From Myxococcota bacterium (lineage in GTDB: Bacteria; Myxococcota_A; UBA9160; UBA4427): a DNA stretch of 64,000 nucleotides. The position numbers were made by a program, and so were the translations under genes. The stretch lies in the NCBI GenBank assembly GCA_029243605.1, contig JAQWRT010000069.1, forward strand, positions 22,926-86,925, in the 5' to 3' direction. Shown here in pieces: positions 1 to 9,319 of the stretch (position 1 is the first letter of the stretch; every line of letters starts with the position of its first letter). Under the pieces are notes generated by a model that worked only from the letters and a program-made list of their open reading frames with translations, ran no database searches and was not told where the DNA came from.

Positions 1-525
1 CGAGTGCCCCTCGGAAGCCTCCACATCCTCGGGCTCCTCGACCAGCTTGGTCTCCCTCTCGCGCATGCGCTCGATCTCTGCTTCGACTTCATCCTCCCCC
101 ACCAGGACGATGGGCTTGCGCCCCTCCACCTGGGCAAGGTCGGGCAAGTCGATCTCGGGCTTCACTTCGACGTGAGCGGTGTAGCGGAAGGCGCTGCCCG
201 GCTCCGGGCGTTCCGCATCGATATCGGGCTCGGAAACCGGCTTGACATCGGCACTCTCGATGGCCGCCGCCAGGGTCTCGGAGACCAGCACCCGCTCCAC
301 CTGGTCGGGAAGGCTCGCACCGTAGACGCGTTCGAGCACAGCGCGCGGAACCTTGCCCGGCCTGAACCCCTTGATGCTCGCGGTCTTGCGGAGTTCTCCA
401 TAAGCGCGATCGAAGGCCTTGCCTACTCGACCCTCGTCCACTTCCACGCTGATACTTCGGAGCACTGCACTCGTCTCGCTGCACTCCACCTGAATTCCTT
501 CGTTGACACTGCCTGCTTCGGCCAT
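1..525 (-). CDS. tig: Trigger factor, N-terminal part (rest of the gene lies beyond the left window edge)
   Basis: Not in the ORF track because it runs off the edge. Minus-strand translation from the ATG at 525-523 gives MAEAGSVNEGIQVECSETSAVLRSISVEVDEGRVGKAFDRAYGELRKTASIKGFRPGKVPRAVLERVYG... This contains the trigger-factor N-domain signature GFRPGKxP. The frame stays open to position 1. Confidence 0.9.
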   Translation of the reverse strand, partial: MAEAGSVNEGIQVECSETSAVLRSISVEVDEGRVGKAFDRAYGELRKTASIKGFRPGKVPRAVLERVYGASLPDQVERVLVSETLAAAIESADVKPVSEPDIDAERPEPGSAFRYTAHVEVKPEIDLPDLAQVEGRKPIVLVGEDEVEAEIERMRERETKLVEEPEDVEASEGHS

Positions 526-802
526 CTCGTTCCATCCTCGCGCCTGCTTGCGCGCTCTGGGGGCATTGATCTAGGAGCCGCCCGTCATTCCGCCAGAAAA
601 CCCCTGACAGATTCGGGCGGGGCCCGGTCCACCGACCGGCCCGGCGGTCTCCCGCACCGCCTACCTCACTTCGTTCTTCGGCCGAGACCCGGGCCATCGC
701 CCTGGGACTCGATGAGCGGCGGACAATAGCCTCGGCGCCGATTCCGCGCACGTGAACCCCAGACGCTCCCGGGGAGGAAATTAGGGCTGACGGGGAGTGG
801 TG

Positions 803-887
803 TGGTGCCGGGGACAGGACTCGAACCTGCACGTCCAAGGACGGTGGCTCCTAAGGCCACTGCGTCTACCAATTCCGCCACCCCGGC
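803..887 (-). tRNA. tRNA-Leu (anticodon UAG)
   Basis: The reverse complement is GCCGGGGTGGCGGAATTGGTAGACGCAGTGGCCTTAGGAGCCACCGTCCTTGGACGTGCAGGTTCGAGTCCTGTCCCCGGCACCA. It has a perfect 7-bp acceptor stem, anticodon stem GTGGC/GCCAC with loop CTTAGGA, a long variable arm, T-arm GGTTCGAGTCC and an encoded CCA. Confidence 0.93.
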
Positions 888-919
888 AACACCAAGACTC
901 TAGCGCCGCTGGCCGGGGC

Positions 920-995
920 TGGTGAGCGCGCGGGGAATCGAACCCCGAACCTAGGGATTAAGAGTCCCTTGCTCTGCCAATTGAGCTACGCGCCC
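920..995 (-). tRNA. tRNA-Lys (anticodon CUU)
   Basis: The reverse complement is GGGCGCGTAGCTCAATTGGCAGAGCAAGGGACTCTTAATCCCTAGGTTCGGGGTTCGATTCCCCGCGCGCTCACCA. It has anticodon stem AGGGA/TCCCT with loop CTCTTAA, T-arm GGTTCGATTCC and an encoded CCA. Confidence 0.92.
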
Positions 996-1042
996 GGGCC
1001 GACATTAGCCACCCTGGCCATCGAGGCAAGCCCGGAACCGAT

Positions 1043-4000
1043 TCAATCCTCGGTGGCAGCGCTTCCCCAACCGCCGCCGCCCGGCGTCTCCACCACAAGG
1101 CAGTCCCCCGCCCCGACGTCCACCGAGCACTTGGCCCCCAGAATCTCGGAGTCCGAGTCTCCGCGCACGAGCCGGTTGCGTCCGGGTTGGCCCGGGCGAC
1201 CGCCCTCGAGGCCCCAGGGCGCGCATTCTCGCCGCTCGGTCAGGAGGCTGACGGTCACGTCGGACAGAAAACGGTACGCGCGCACTAGGCCGTCGCCGCC
1301 CGGGTGCAGCCCCGCCCCGCCCGAATTCTCGCGCAGGGAAAAGCGCTCGAGGCGAACCGGATAGCGAGACTCGAGCACCTCCGGGTCGGTAATCCGGGTG
1401 TTGGTCATATGGGTGTGCACGCCCGAGGCGCCGTCGAAATCGGGTCCCCCTCCGGCGCCGCCACCCAGAGTTTCGTAATAGCCGAAATTCCCGTTCCCGA
1501 AAGTCACGTTATTCATCGTGCCCTGGCTCGCCGCCGCCAATCCCAGCGCGCCCAGCAGCACATCGACGACGCGCTGGGAGGTTTCGACATTGCCCCCCAC
1601 CACCGCCGAACCCGGAGGTGGATCGAGGAGCGAGGCGGTGGGAATCCGAAGGCTGACCGGGGCCAGACAGCCTCCGTTGAGGGGAATCGATTCCGCCACC
1701 AGGGAGCGGACCACGTAGATGAGCGCCGCCTCGACCACCGCCCGGGGCGCGTTGAGGTTGTGGCGGTCGGGTGGCCCTGTGCCCGTAAAATCCACACGAA
1801 GCCGCTCGCCCTGAACCTCCACCTCGACACAAACGGGCGTCCCCGGATCCATGCGATCGGCGAAGCGGTAAATGCCGTCGGGCAATTTTGCGATTTCCCG
1901 GGACACCTTGGCCGCCGACGCGTCCTGCAACTGGGCCATGGTGACCGCCACCGCCCGCACGCCTTCCTCGGCGACGAAAGCCTCGAGCAACCCTTCGCCC
2001 GCCCGGTTGGCCGCCACCATGGCGACGAGATCGGCGAGATTGTCATCGGGACAGCGCGCCGGATAACGCCCCTCGGCCAGGAGTGCGCGGATGCGGTCCT
2101 CGGCCAGGCGCCCGCCGGCCACCAGCCGAAAAGCGCGAATCAGCACCCCCTCCTCCTCGAGGCAGGTCGAATCCGGCGGCATCGAGCCCGGCGTTTTGCC
2201 CCCAAGATCGGCGTGGTGCCCACGGCTGGCGACGAAGAACGCGGGCCCCGGTCCCTCGCCGATAAAAACCGGGGTCACCACGGTCACGTCGGGCAGATGC
2301 GACCCGCCCTCAAAGGGATCGTTGGTCACCACCACGTCCCCGGGGCCGAGTTCGGGGAAGCGGTCGCGCACCGCCCGAACCGTGGCCCCCATGGCTCCCA
2401 GGTGCACGGGAATATGCGGAGCGTTCGCGACGAGGCCCCCGCCCGCATCGAAGACCGCGCACGAATAATCGAGCCGCTCCTTGATATTCGTGGACACCGC
2501 GGTATTCCGCAGCACGGCCCCCATCTGCTCGGCCATGGACATGAAGCGATTCCCGAAAACCTCGAGCCGAATCGGATCCGCGCGCTCGAGGCCGTCCTCC
2601 CCGGCGTTCGCCTCATTCTCGGCCGAGGTCCGCGCGCCGGTATCGCGCAGATGGAGGACGCCGTCGGCGTCGACCCGCAAATCGAATCCCGGATCCAACA
2701 CGACGGTGCCCGTGTCCTCGAGGATCAGCGCGGGCCCCTTCACCTCGCTACCCGGCGCCAGATCTTCCCGCCGATAGACCGGCGTGGACAGGCGACCCAA
2801 ACCCGAAAAATACACCGAAGCCTCGCGCAGCACGCGACCCTCGTCGGCGCCCGGGAACGTCCCCACCCCGGCGCTGAGCGAGGCCGGGGACTCGCTGGGC
2901 GCCACCGCGCGGAGGCGTACGGTGACGATTTCCACCGCGCGCTCGGGGCGGGTGTAGCCGAATCGGCGGCGGTGTTCCTCGGCGAAGGCGGTCAGCCAAT
3001 CGTCGGCGTGTTCGGGCTGCCCCGGCGGTGCAGCAATGGCCAATGCGGTCTCGCTCCCGCGGTAGCGCAGATCCAGCAGGCGCTCCCGACGCATTCGCTC
3101 CCCCGAGACGCCCTCTTCGCTCAGGGCCTCAAGCCCACGCGCCTCGAGTTCGACGAAGAGGCTCTCGATGCCCCCAGGCAGCGCACCCCCCGGCACCAAT
3201 TCCACCCGGCCGGCGTCGTGCTGAGCGTCCCAGGTGACGTCGGCCACCCCGATCCCGTAGGCCGAGAGAAGCCCGGCCAGGGGATGAAGGAGAATCGTTC
3301 GCATCCCCAGCCGGCGCGCGATGCCGCAGACGTGCTGCCCCCCCGCGCCCCCGAAGCCCACCAGAACGTGGCCTCGGGGATCCACCCCCCGCGCCACCGA
3401 AACCTGGGCGATGGCCTCGGCCATGCTGGCATTCGCGATCTCGACGAAGCCCGCCGCGATCTCGTCCTCACTCATGGGTAGATCGGCGCCCTCGAGGGCC
3501 TGGCGCAACTCTCCGAGCCGACGTTCGACGGGCTCGAGGAGAATGGGAAAGGGAAAGCGGTCGGGCTGAACCCGGCCCAGGGCGAGGTTGATATCGGTCA
3601 GGCTCAACTCGCTCGCCTTGGGCGCGCCCGTTTGATCCAGCACCCCGTAGCAAAGCGGCCCGGGATCCGAGCCCGCGCTCTCGGGGCCCACGGTCAACCG
3701 GAAGCCATCGAATCGGCAGAGCGAGCCCCCACCCGCGGCCACGGTATGGATCCGCAGCATCGGCGCACGGACGCGTACCCCGCCCACCAGGGTCTCGAAC
3801 GCGCGCTCCACCTTGCCCCCTTCGATGAGGGAGACATCGGTGGAGGTACCGCCCATATCGAAGCCAAGCGCCCCTTCGAAGCCCGCCCGAGCGGCCACCC
3901 GAGCAGCGGCGACCACGCCTCCGGCCGGGCCTGAAAGCAAGGCGTTGGGCCCCCGAAAGCGTTCGGCGTCGGTCAGCCCCCCGGACGACTGCATAAAACG

Positions 4001-4723
4001 CAACCGGGAACCGGGCAGCGCAGCGCGCAATTCCTCCACGTGGCGCCCCAGGAGCGGCGTCAAGTAGGCGTCGGCCACCGCGGTCTCTCCCCGCGCCAGA
4101 AACCCCATCTCCCGGGCGATGGCATGGGAACCGATCACATGGCGGAAGCCGAGTTCCCGGGCCAGGGCCTCGATCGCGCGCTCGAACTCGGGAAACGCGT
4201 AGGCATGAATCAATACGATGGCCAGCGACTCGATTCCCTGACGCCGGGCCGCGGCGAGTTCTTCCGCCAGGCATTCGAGGTCGAGTTCCTCCACCACAGA
4301 TCCATCCACCCCCACCCGGCCGCCGACCTCGATGACCTCGGAGTGAAGAACCCCGGGCCGACGAATATCCAGGGCAAAAAGGTCGGGCCGTTCTTGGGTC
4401 CCGATGGCCAGGACGTCGCCGAGGCCGCGGTTGGTCACGAGCAGGGTCGGGCTTCCCCGGCGTTCGAGCAGCGCGTTGGTGGCCACCGTCGAACCCAACT
4501 TCACCTCACACGCCGGCAGGGGGTCGCCGGGCCCCAGCAGCCCCTCGCCTTCGAGAATCGAACGAATTCCCTGGACCGGGCCGAGATCCGAGGAGAGCAA
4601 CTTACACGTCACGATCCGGCCGTTCGGCGCCCGGCCAATGCAATCGGTAAAGGTTCCGCCCCGATCGATCCAAAAGGACCAACCCGAAGCGTCCCCGTCG
4701 AGAGGATCGCCCCCGCCGGTCAT
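1043..4723 (-). CDS. Fused hydantoinase A/B family protein, 5-oxoprolinase-like (ATP-hydrolysing)
   Basis: 1226-aa ORF with an ATG start. The N-terminal half is HyuA-like ([26 protein letters not shown]). The C-terminal half is HyuB-like ([38 protein letters not shown]). Single-chain architecture like eukaryotic OPLAH. Confidence 0.9.
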   Translation of the reverse strand: MTGGGDPLDGDASGWSFWIDRGGTFTDCIGRAPNGRIVTCKLLSSDLGPVQGIRSILEGEGLLGPGDPLPACEVKLGSTVATNALLERRGSPTLLVTNRGLGDVLAIGTQERPDLFALDIRRPGVLHSEVIEVGGRVGVDGSVVEELDLECLAEELAAARRQGIESLAIVLIHAYAFPEFERAIEALARELGFRHVIGSHAIAREMGFLARGETAVADAYLTPLLGRHVEELRAALPGSRLRFMQSSGGLTDAERFRGPNALLSGPAGGVVAAARVAARAGFEGALGFDMGGTSTDVSLIEGGKVERAFETLVGGVRVRAPMLRIHTVAAGGGSLCRFDGFRLTVGPESAGSDPGPLCYGVLDQTGAPKASELSLTDINLALGRVQPDRFPFPILLEPVERRLGELRQALEGADLPMSEDEIAAGFVEIANASMAEAIAQVSVARGVDPRGHVLVGFGGAGGQHVCGIARRLGMRTILLHPLAGLLSAYGIGVADVTWDAQHDAGRVELVPGGALPGGIESLFVELEARGLEALSEEGVSGERMRRERLLDLRYRGSETALAIAAPPGQPEHADDWLTAFAEEHRRRFGYTRPERAVEIVTVRLRAVAPSESPASLSAGVGTFPGADEGRVLREASVYFSGLGRLSTPVYRREDLAPGSEVKGPALILEDTGTVVLDPGFDLRVDADGVLHLRDTGARTSAENEANAGEDGLERADPIRLEVFGNRFMSMAEQMGAVLRNTAVSTNIKERLDYSCAVFDAGGGLVANAPHIPVHLGAMGATVRAVRDRFPELGPGDVVVTNDPFEGGSHLPDVTVVTPVFIGEGPGPAFFVASRGHHADLGGKTPGSMPPDSTCLEEEGVLIRAFRLVAGGRLAEDRIRALLAEGRYPARCPDDNLADLVAMVAANRAGEGLLEAFVAEEGVRAVAVTMAQLQDASAAKVSREIAKLPDGIYRFADRMDPGTPVCVEVEVQGERLRVDFTGTGPPDRHNLNAPRAVVEAALIYVVRSLVAESIPLNGGCLAPVSLRIPTASLLDPPPGSAVVGGNVETSQRVVDVLLGALGLAAASQGTMNNVTFGNGNFGYYETLGGGAGGGPDFDGASGVHTHMTNTRITDPEVLESRYPVRLERFSLRENSGGAGLHPGGDGLVRAYRFLSDVTVSLLTERRECAPWGLEGGRPGQPGRNRLVRGDSDSEILGAKCSVDVGAGDCLVVETPGGGGWGSAATED

Positions 4724-4781
4724 GCCCGATCTCGCTCGGCTCGAGCGCTCTCCGCCATCGAACTGGGACGAAGGGAAGGAT

Positions 4782-6392
4782 TCATCCCTCGCCCTCCCCG
4801 CTTCGGCGGCGTCCTCGGCGAAGACTTCGCTTCACCAGCCCCCCCATGGCCTCTCGGCTCGCGGCATCGCCCAGGGCCCAGCCCAGAGGCAAGGCCACCC
4901 CGGCGAAAATTCCGGCTCCCAGAGCCAGGCCCAGCGCGCCCCCCACATCGATTTTTGCCAACACAGCGGCGGTAATCCCAGCCGCTCCAGCCCCCGCCAG
5001 CCCGGCGCGCAGGGAAGCCGAGAAGAGCGGGCGAAGTTTCGGTCCCCCGAATCGGCGGCGAGCCCAGACCAGGGTCAGAAGCGCGTTCACGTTGATCGCC
5101 AGGCCCCCGGCCACCACCAAACCCTGGGGCCCGAATTCTTGGCCCAACCCCATGTAGAGCGGGACGGCAGCCAGGGCCACGGCGGTGCTGAGGCCCATGG
5201 GTCGCCACATCTCACCCCGGGCGAAAAAGCCGCGGACCGCCACCTGCTGGGCCACCCAACCCGGGACCGCCAGGCCCATCCACGCCAGAAGAGCGGCCAC
5301 CCGCTGGGTATCCTCGGCCGAGAAGGCTCCGCGTTGATAGACGAGTTCGACCAGGGGTTCAGCGAGAACGTAAAGAGCGGCCGCGGACCCGATGGCCAGC
5401 AGCAGGGTGACGCGAAGGGTGGCGAGGAGCTGGGCATCGAGCTCTCCCGAGCGTCCCCGGGCGTGAAGCGCGGACAGGCTGGGTAGGGCCGCGGTGGCCA
5501 CCGCCTGCCCGATCACCGCTACCGGCGCCATCATCAGCCGACGCGCAAAGGCCAGCGCCGCCACGACGCCCACCCCCAGACCCGCGCCGAAGATGCGTTC
5601 GTACCATTCATCGACGGTGGTCAGGGAGAGCCCGATCATCAGGGGCAGCGCCGCCCACAGATAGACGTGAAAGCGGCGATCGCCCGGCGCTAAGCGAAAG
5701 CCGACCCCCCCGATCTTGCGAACGTCATAGAGGGGCACCACTCCGTTGCCCAGCACGGCGCCCGCCAGGGCGCCCCAGGCGAAGCCCTCCAAGGAGCCGG
5801 AGACCAGGCCCCCCACGATAATCCCGCCGTTGTAGAGGATCGGAGCGGCGGCCTGGGCGCCAAAGCGTCCGTGGGCCATCAGCACCGCACGCACGATCCC
5901 GCCCCCGATGAAGAAAATCTGGGCGGGCAGCACGATGCGGGTGAGGCGCACGGTCTCGGCCCGAGTCTCGGCATCGAAGCCGCCGAATTGCAGGTCCACT
6001 AGGCGTTCGGCATAGACCCAGAGGAGCGCGGTCAGGACACAGGCCACAGCGCCCAGGGTGCCGAGCACCGTGCGAAAGAGGTCGTCCGCCGCCGGTCGCC
6101 CCTCCTGGCCCAGGGTCCGCAGGTAGAGGGGCGTAAACGCGATGGCCAGCGCCCCACCCGCGAGGAGATAATTCAGCAGATCCGGGATCTGGAAGGCGGC
6201 GTAATACGCATCGGTCCCCGCCCCCACGCCGATCTGGGCGGCCAGGACCATCTCGCGGACGAAGCCGAGCCCGCGCGACGCCAGGATGCTCCCGGCCAGC
6301 AAGACCGCGGCCGCTCCCATCCGACGACCGCCAAGCGGCCCGCCCCCAGCGCTGAGATTCTCCTCTTCCGCCACGCTCCCCCCGGACCCCAT
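4782..6392 (-). CDS. murJ: Lipid II flippase MurJ (MviN family)
   Basis: 536-aa polytopic membrane ORF. The N-terminus is typical MurJ: [52 protein letters not shown]. An internal ATG at 6320 is an alternative start. Confidence 0.9.
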   Translation of the reverse strand: MGSGGSVAEEENLSAGGGPLGGRRMGAAAVLLAGSILASRGLGFVREMVLAAQIGVGAGTDAYYAAFQIPDLLNYLLAGGALAIAFTPLYLRTLGQEGRPAADDLFRTVLGTLGAVACVLTALLWVYAERLVDLQFGGFDAETRAETVRLTRIVLPAQIFFIGGGIVRAVLMAHGRFGAQAAAPILYNGGIIVGGLVSGSLEGFAWGALAGAVLGNGVVPLYDVRKIGGVGFRLAPGDRRFHVYLWAALPLMIGLSLTTVDEWYERIFGAGLGVGVVAALAFARRLMMAPVAVIGQAVATAALPSLSALHARGRSGELDAQLLATLRVTLLLAIGSAAALYVLAEPLVELVYQRGAFSAEDTQRVAALLAWMGLAVPGWVAQQVAVRGFFARGEMWRPMGLSTAVALAAVPLYMGLGQEFGPQGLVVAGGLAINVNALLTLVWARRRFGGPKLRPLFSASLRAGLAGAGAAGITAAVLAKIDVGGALGLALGAGIFAGVALPLGWALGDAASREAMGGLVKRSLRRGRRRSGEGEG

Positions 6393-6437
6393 TATGGAGC
6401 ATGCATTCGATCGCGCACCCGAAGCCCTGGGCCCCGA

Positions 6438-7565
6438 TCAATCGAGCGGGTTGGGTTCCCGCCAAAGTTCCCCGTTCCACGCCCGAACCACCACGGCATC
6501 CCCCTCGCGCTCGACCAACGAGGAGGGCTCCAGGGGCACCTTTCCGTGGGGGGTATCGAGCACGTAGCGAGGGATCGCAAAGCCACTGGTCCGGCCGCGC
6601 AGGGCGGAAAATATCTCCATGCCCCGCTCGATGGGCACCCTGAAATGCCCAGTGCCCTCGAGCAATTGGGCCTGGTAACAGTAATAGGGCCGCACCCGGA
6701 TACGCACGAGTTGTTCGCACAGGGTCTTCATCGTCGCCGGGTCATCGTTGATGCCCCGCATGAGAACGCTCTGGTTGCCCACGGGAATCCCTGCGGCGAC
6801 CAAGCGCAGACAGGCCTCGGCCGCCGGCTCGGTGATCTCTTTGGGATGATTGAAATGGGTATTCACCCAGATCGGATGATGGCGCTCGAGCATGCGACAA
6901 AGAGCATCGGTGACCCGGTGGGGAAGCGTGACGGGCAAACGCGTCCCCAGGCGGATCAACTCCACGTGGGGAATCGCGCGCAGGCGGCCCAGGAGCCAGT
7001 CCAGGCGATCGTCCGAGAAGATCAGCGGGTCTCCCCCCGTGAGCAGGACGTCGCGAATTTCGGGGGTCTCCGCGATCCAATCGAGGGCGACCTCGAGTTC
7101 GCGCTTTTGCATCGACCAACCCGTCTCCCCCACCATCCGCTTGCGCAGACAAAAACGGCAATAGAGCGCGCACTCGTTGTTGACGCAGAAGGCGATGCGA
7201 TCGGGATAGACCCGAATCACGTTTTTAACCGGGGAGTGGAGCACCTCGTCGAGGGGGTCGGCCAAGCCGGCATCGTCCTCGCCCTCGAGCGGACTCGGCA
7301 CGACCTGGCGACGAATCGGGCAATCGGGATCGAGCGGGTCCATCAACGACGCGTAATACGGGGTGATGACGAAGCGGAAGCGCCGGGCCAGATCGCCCAC
7401 CGCCCGGGCCTCGTCCGGAGTCGGCTCGATCCAGCGCTCGAGACCGGGCAGGTCGCGAACGCGGTTCTGCATCTGCCACGCGAAGCTCTCCCAATCGGCG
7501 GGATCCACCCCGGCCGGAATCGGGGCGGGAGCGGGAAAAACGACGGATGACGACGAGGCTTCCAT
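6438..7565 (-). CDS. KamA-family radical SAM aminomutase (lysine 2,3-aminomutase-like)
   Basis: Radical-SAM cluster motif CALYCRFCLRKR, followed by LLTGGDPL and RIRVRPYYCYQ, as in KamA/EpmB enzymes. ATG at 7565. The longest ORF begins at a TTG at 7610 and overlaps the upstream gene stop by 4 nt. Confidence 0.85.
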   Translation of the reverse strand: MEASSSSVVFPAPAPIPAGVDPADWESFAWQMQNRVRDLPGLERWIEPTPDEARAVGDLARRFRFVITPYYASLMDPLDPDCPIRRQVVPSPLEGEDDAGLADPLDEVLHSPVKNVIRVYPDRIAFCVNNECALYCRFCLRKRMVGETGWSMQKRELEVALDWIAETPEIRDVLLTGGDPLIFSDDRLDWLLGRLRAIPHVELIRLGTRLPVTLPHRVTDALCRMLERHHPIWVNTHFNHPKEITEPAAEACLRLVAAGIPVGNQSVLMRGINDDPATMKTLCEQLVRIRVRPYYCYQAQLLEGTGHFRVPIERGMEIFSALRGRTSGFAIPRYVLDTPHGKVPLEPSSLVEREGDAVVVRAWNGELWREPNPLD

Positions 7566-7606
7566 GACTTCTCGGTGGCCCTTCCTCAGGTTGTGAATGC
7601 CGGGAC

Positions 7607-8668
7607 TCAAGCGCCCGAGCTGGACCCCACCCGCCCAGCCAGACCCAAGCGTTCCAGGGCCTCCGCGAGAACGTCCGCCAGCAAATCGGCCACCGGGCGC
7701 CCTTCCAATTCGGCGAGTATGCCGAAGCTCCCGTCCCCTGCGAAGGTGGGCAGGGGATTGATCTCCAGAAAAATCGGCGCCCCGGTCTCATCCAGGCGAA
7801 AATCGACCCGAGCAAAATCCAGACAACCGAAGAGCGAGAAGGCCTTCAAAGCGAGGGACTGAAGCCGGGCCTCGAGTTCTCCATCGAGGTCGCCGGGCAG
7901 GCGGTGCCCGTAGCCCCCCTCGGGCTGGGGATTGCCCACCCCCTCGAGGGCGTGGAGGCCGATCCCCGAGGCCGCTTCCAGGGCACGCTGAAGAACCGGC
8001 AGCGCCCGAGCCGGGGCGTGGCCCACCACGGTGACGGTGTATTCGGCCCCGGGCAGGAAGCGCTCGACTAGGGCTGGCTGTCCATAGTCGGCGACCACCC
8101 GGGCCACCTCTTCCGCCAGGGCCCGGCGATCCTCGACCCGGGAACTGCGGCGGATCCCCTTGGACGTTCCCTCCCAACAGGGCTTGACGAAGAGGGGAAA
8201 GGGGCCCGGGAGCGGGGACGCTTCCGCCTCCCGGCCCGACGCCATGACGACTTGGGGGGCCACGGACACTCCCCCGGCCGCCGCCCAGCGATTGGCCCAG
8301 GCCTTGTCCAAGCTCAGGGAGAGCGAGAGCCCGTCGGACCCGAGGCAGGGAATGCCCGCCATCTCGAGGAGCGCGGGCGCCCAGGCTTCGCGGTTCCGGG
8401 ACCCGTAGCCCTCGGCAATATTCCAGACCACATCCACGCCGGCCAGGCTCCCGGCGGACGACGACGCGAGGACATCGCGGGGTGCCCCCAACCGCCGGCT
8501 GCGATGCCCCAGACCACCGATGGCATCCTCGAGCAGTTCGACGGTGGCCAGGGGTTCGTACTCGACGTGAGCATCGGCGGGCCCACCCTCAGGTGAGGGG
8601 TAGGTATCGAAGGTCTCGGAGACCAGGCCAATCTCGAGGGGCCGAAGTGGGGAGCGGGCGGGCTTCAT
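7607..8668 (-). CDS. D-alanine--D-alanine ligase-like ATP-grasp enzyme
   Basis: 353-aa ORF with an ATG start. Ddl-type ATP-grasp layout: GIPCLGSD, DKAWANRW, PLFVKPCWEGTSKGI, VERFLPGAEYTVTVVG, ARVDFRLDETGAPIFLEINPLP. Confidence 0.8.
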   Translation of the reverse strand: MKPARSPLRPLEIGLVSETFDTYPSPEGGPADAHVEYEPLATVELLEDAIGGLGHRSRRLGAPRDVLASSSAGSLAGVDVVWNIAEGYGSRNREAWAPALLEMAGIPCLGSDGLSLSLSLDKAWANRWAAAGGVSVAPQVVMASGREAEASPLPGPFPLFVKPCWEGTSKGIRRSSRVEDRRALAEEVARVVADYGQPALVERFLPGAEYTVTVVGHAPARALPVLQRALEAASGIGLHALEGVGNPQPEGGYGHRLPGDLDGELEARLQSLALKAFSLFGCLDFARVDFRLDETGAPIFLEINPLPTFAGDGSFGILAELEGRPVADLLADVLAEALERLGLAGRVGSSSGA

Positions 8669-8772
8669 CGGGGTAGATTCTCGCCTGCTAGCCTAGTCGA
8701 CCTGCCACCGATCGCGCACGGAGTCGGCGAGCGACAAAATCAGCACCCACCCCCGGAGACGAGAGCGAAACC

Positions 8773-9252
8773 ATGCCCAGTATCCGCCTCGGGTCCAGAA
8801 GACGCGCCTGGCTCATCCTGATGGCCTGGACCGCGGCGATCTGGTTCCTCGGTGGGGACGATTTCCGACACAGCGAGACCAGCCGGATCCTCGGCCCCCT
8901 CTACGAATGGCTACTCCCGCATCTGGGGCCCGAGCAGCGCGCCCAATGGCTGAGTTGGACCCGCCTGGGTGCCCACCCGGCGGTCTATGCCCTTGAAGCC
9001 GGGCTCGCCTGGCGGGCCTTCGGCTTAAGCTTTCCCCACTGGGCTCCCCTCCGCCGGGCGGGCCTCACCCTGGCCACCGCGGCGCTCCTCGCGGGTGCCG
9101 ACGAAATTCGCCAGACCTTTTCGAGCGTCCGTACGGGCTCGCCCATCGGGGTCGGCCTGGACATGCTCGGCGCCGGCGGTGTGGTGGTCGGGTTGCTGGC
9201 CTGGGCCCGCCGGCCAGGGGCGGGCGCCCGGGTCGGGCCGAACCAGACCTGA
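8773..9252 (+). CDS. VanZ-like small membrane protein
   Basis: 159-aa ORF with about four hydrophobic helices and a conserved Ala/Asp-Glu segment (LLAGADEIRQTF) typical of VanZ-like proteins. Assignment is by resemblance only. Confidence 0.55.
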   Translation: MPSIRLGSRRRAWLILMAWTAAIWFLGGDDFRHSETSRILGPLYEWLLPHLGPEQRAQWLSWTRLGAHPAVYALEAGLAWRAFGLSFPHWAPLRRAGLTLATAALLAGADEIRQTFSSVRTGSPIGVGLDMLGAGGVVVGLLAWARRPGAGARVGPNQT

Positions 9253-9319
9253 GCCAGCGCGCCCGGCCATCGCGCCCGGCCATCGCGCGAGGAGGCGTCC
9301 TTGGGGTAGGTTTCCCGGC

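Noticed and set aside
1304-3481. 725-aa plus-strand ORF opposite the oxoprolinase gene, plus many shorter ORFs in 1-4.9 kb
   Set aside because: It is a shadow ORF of a high-GC gene. The sequence is Arg/Pro/Gly/His-rich with no recognisable motifs, and it lies fully antisense to a 1226-aa ORF with clear HyuA/HyuB motifs.
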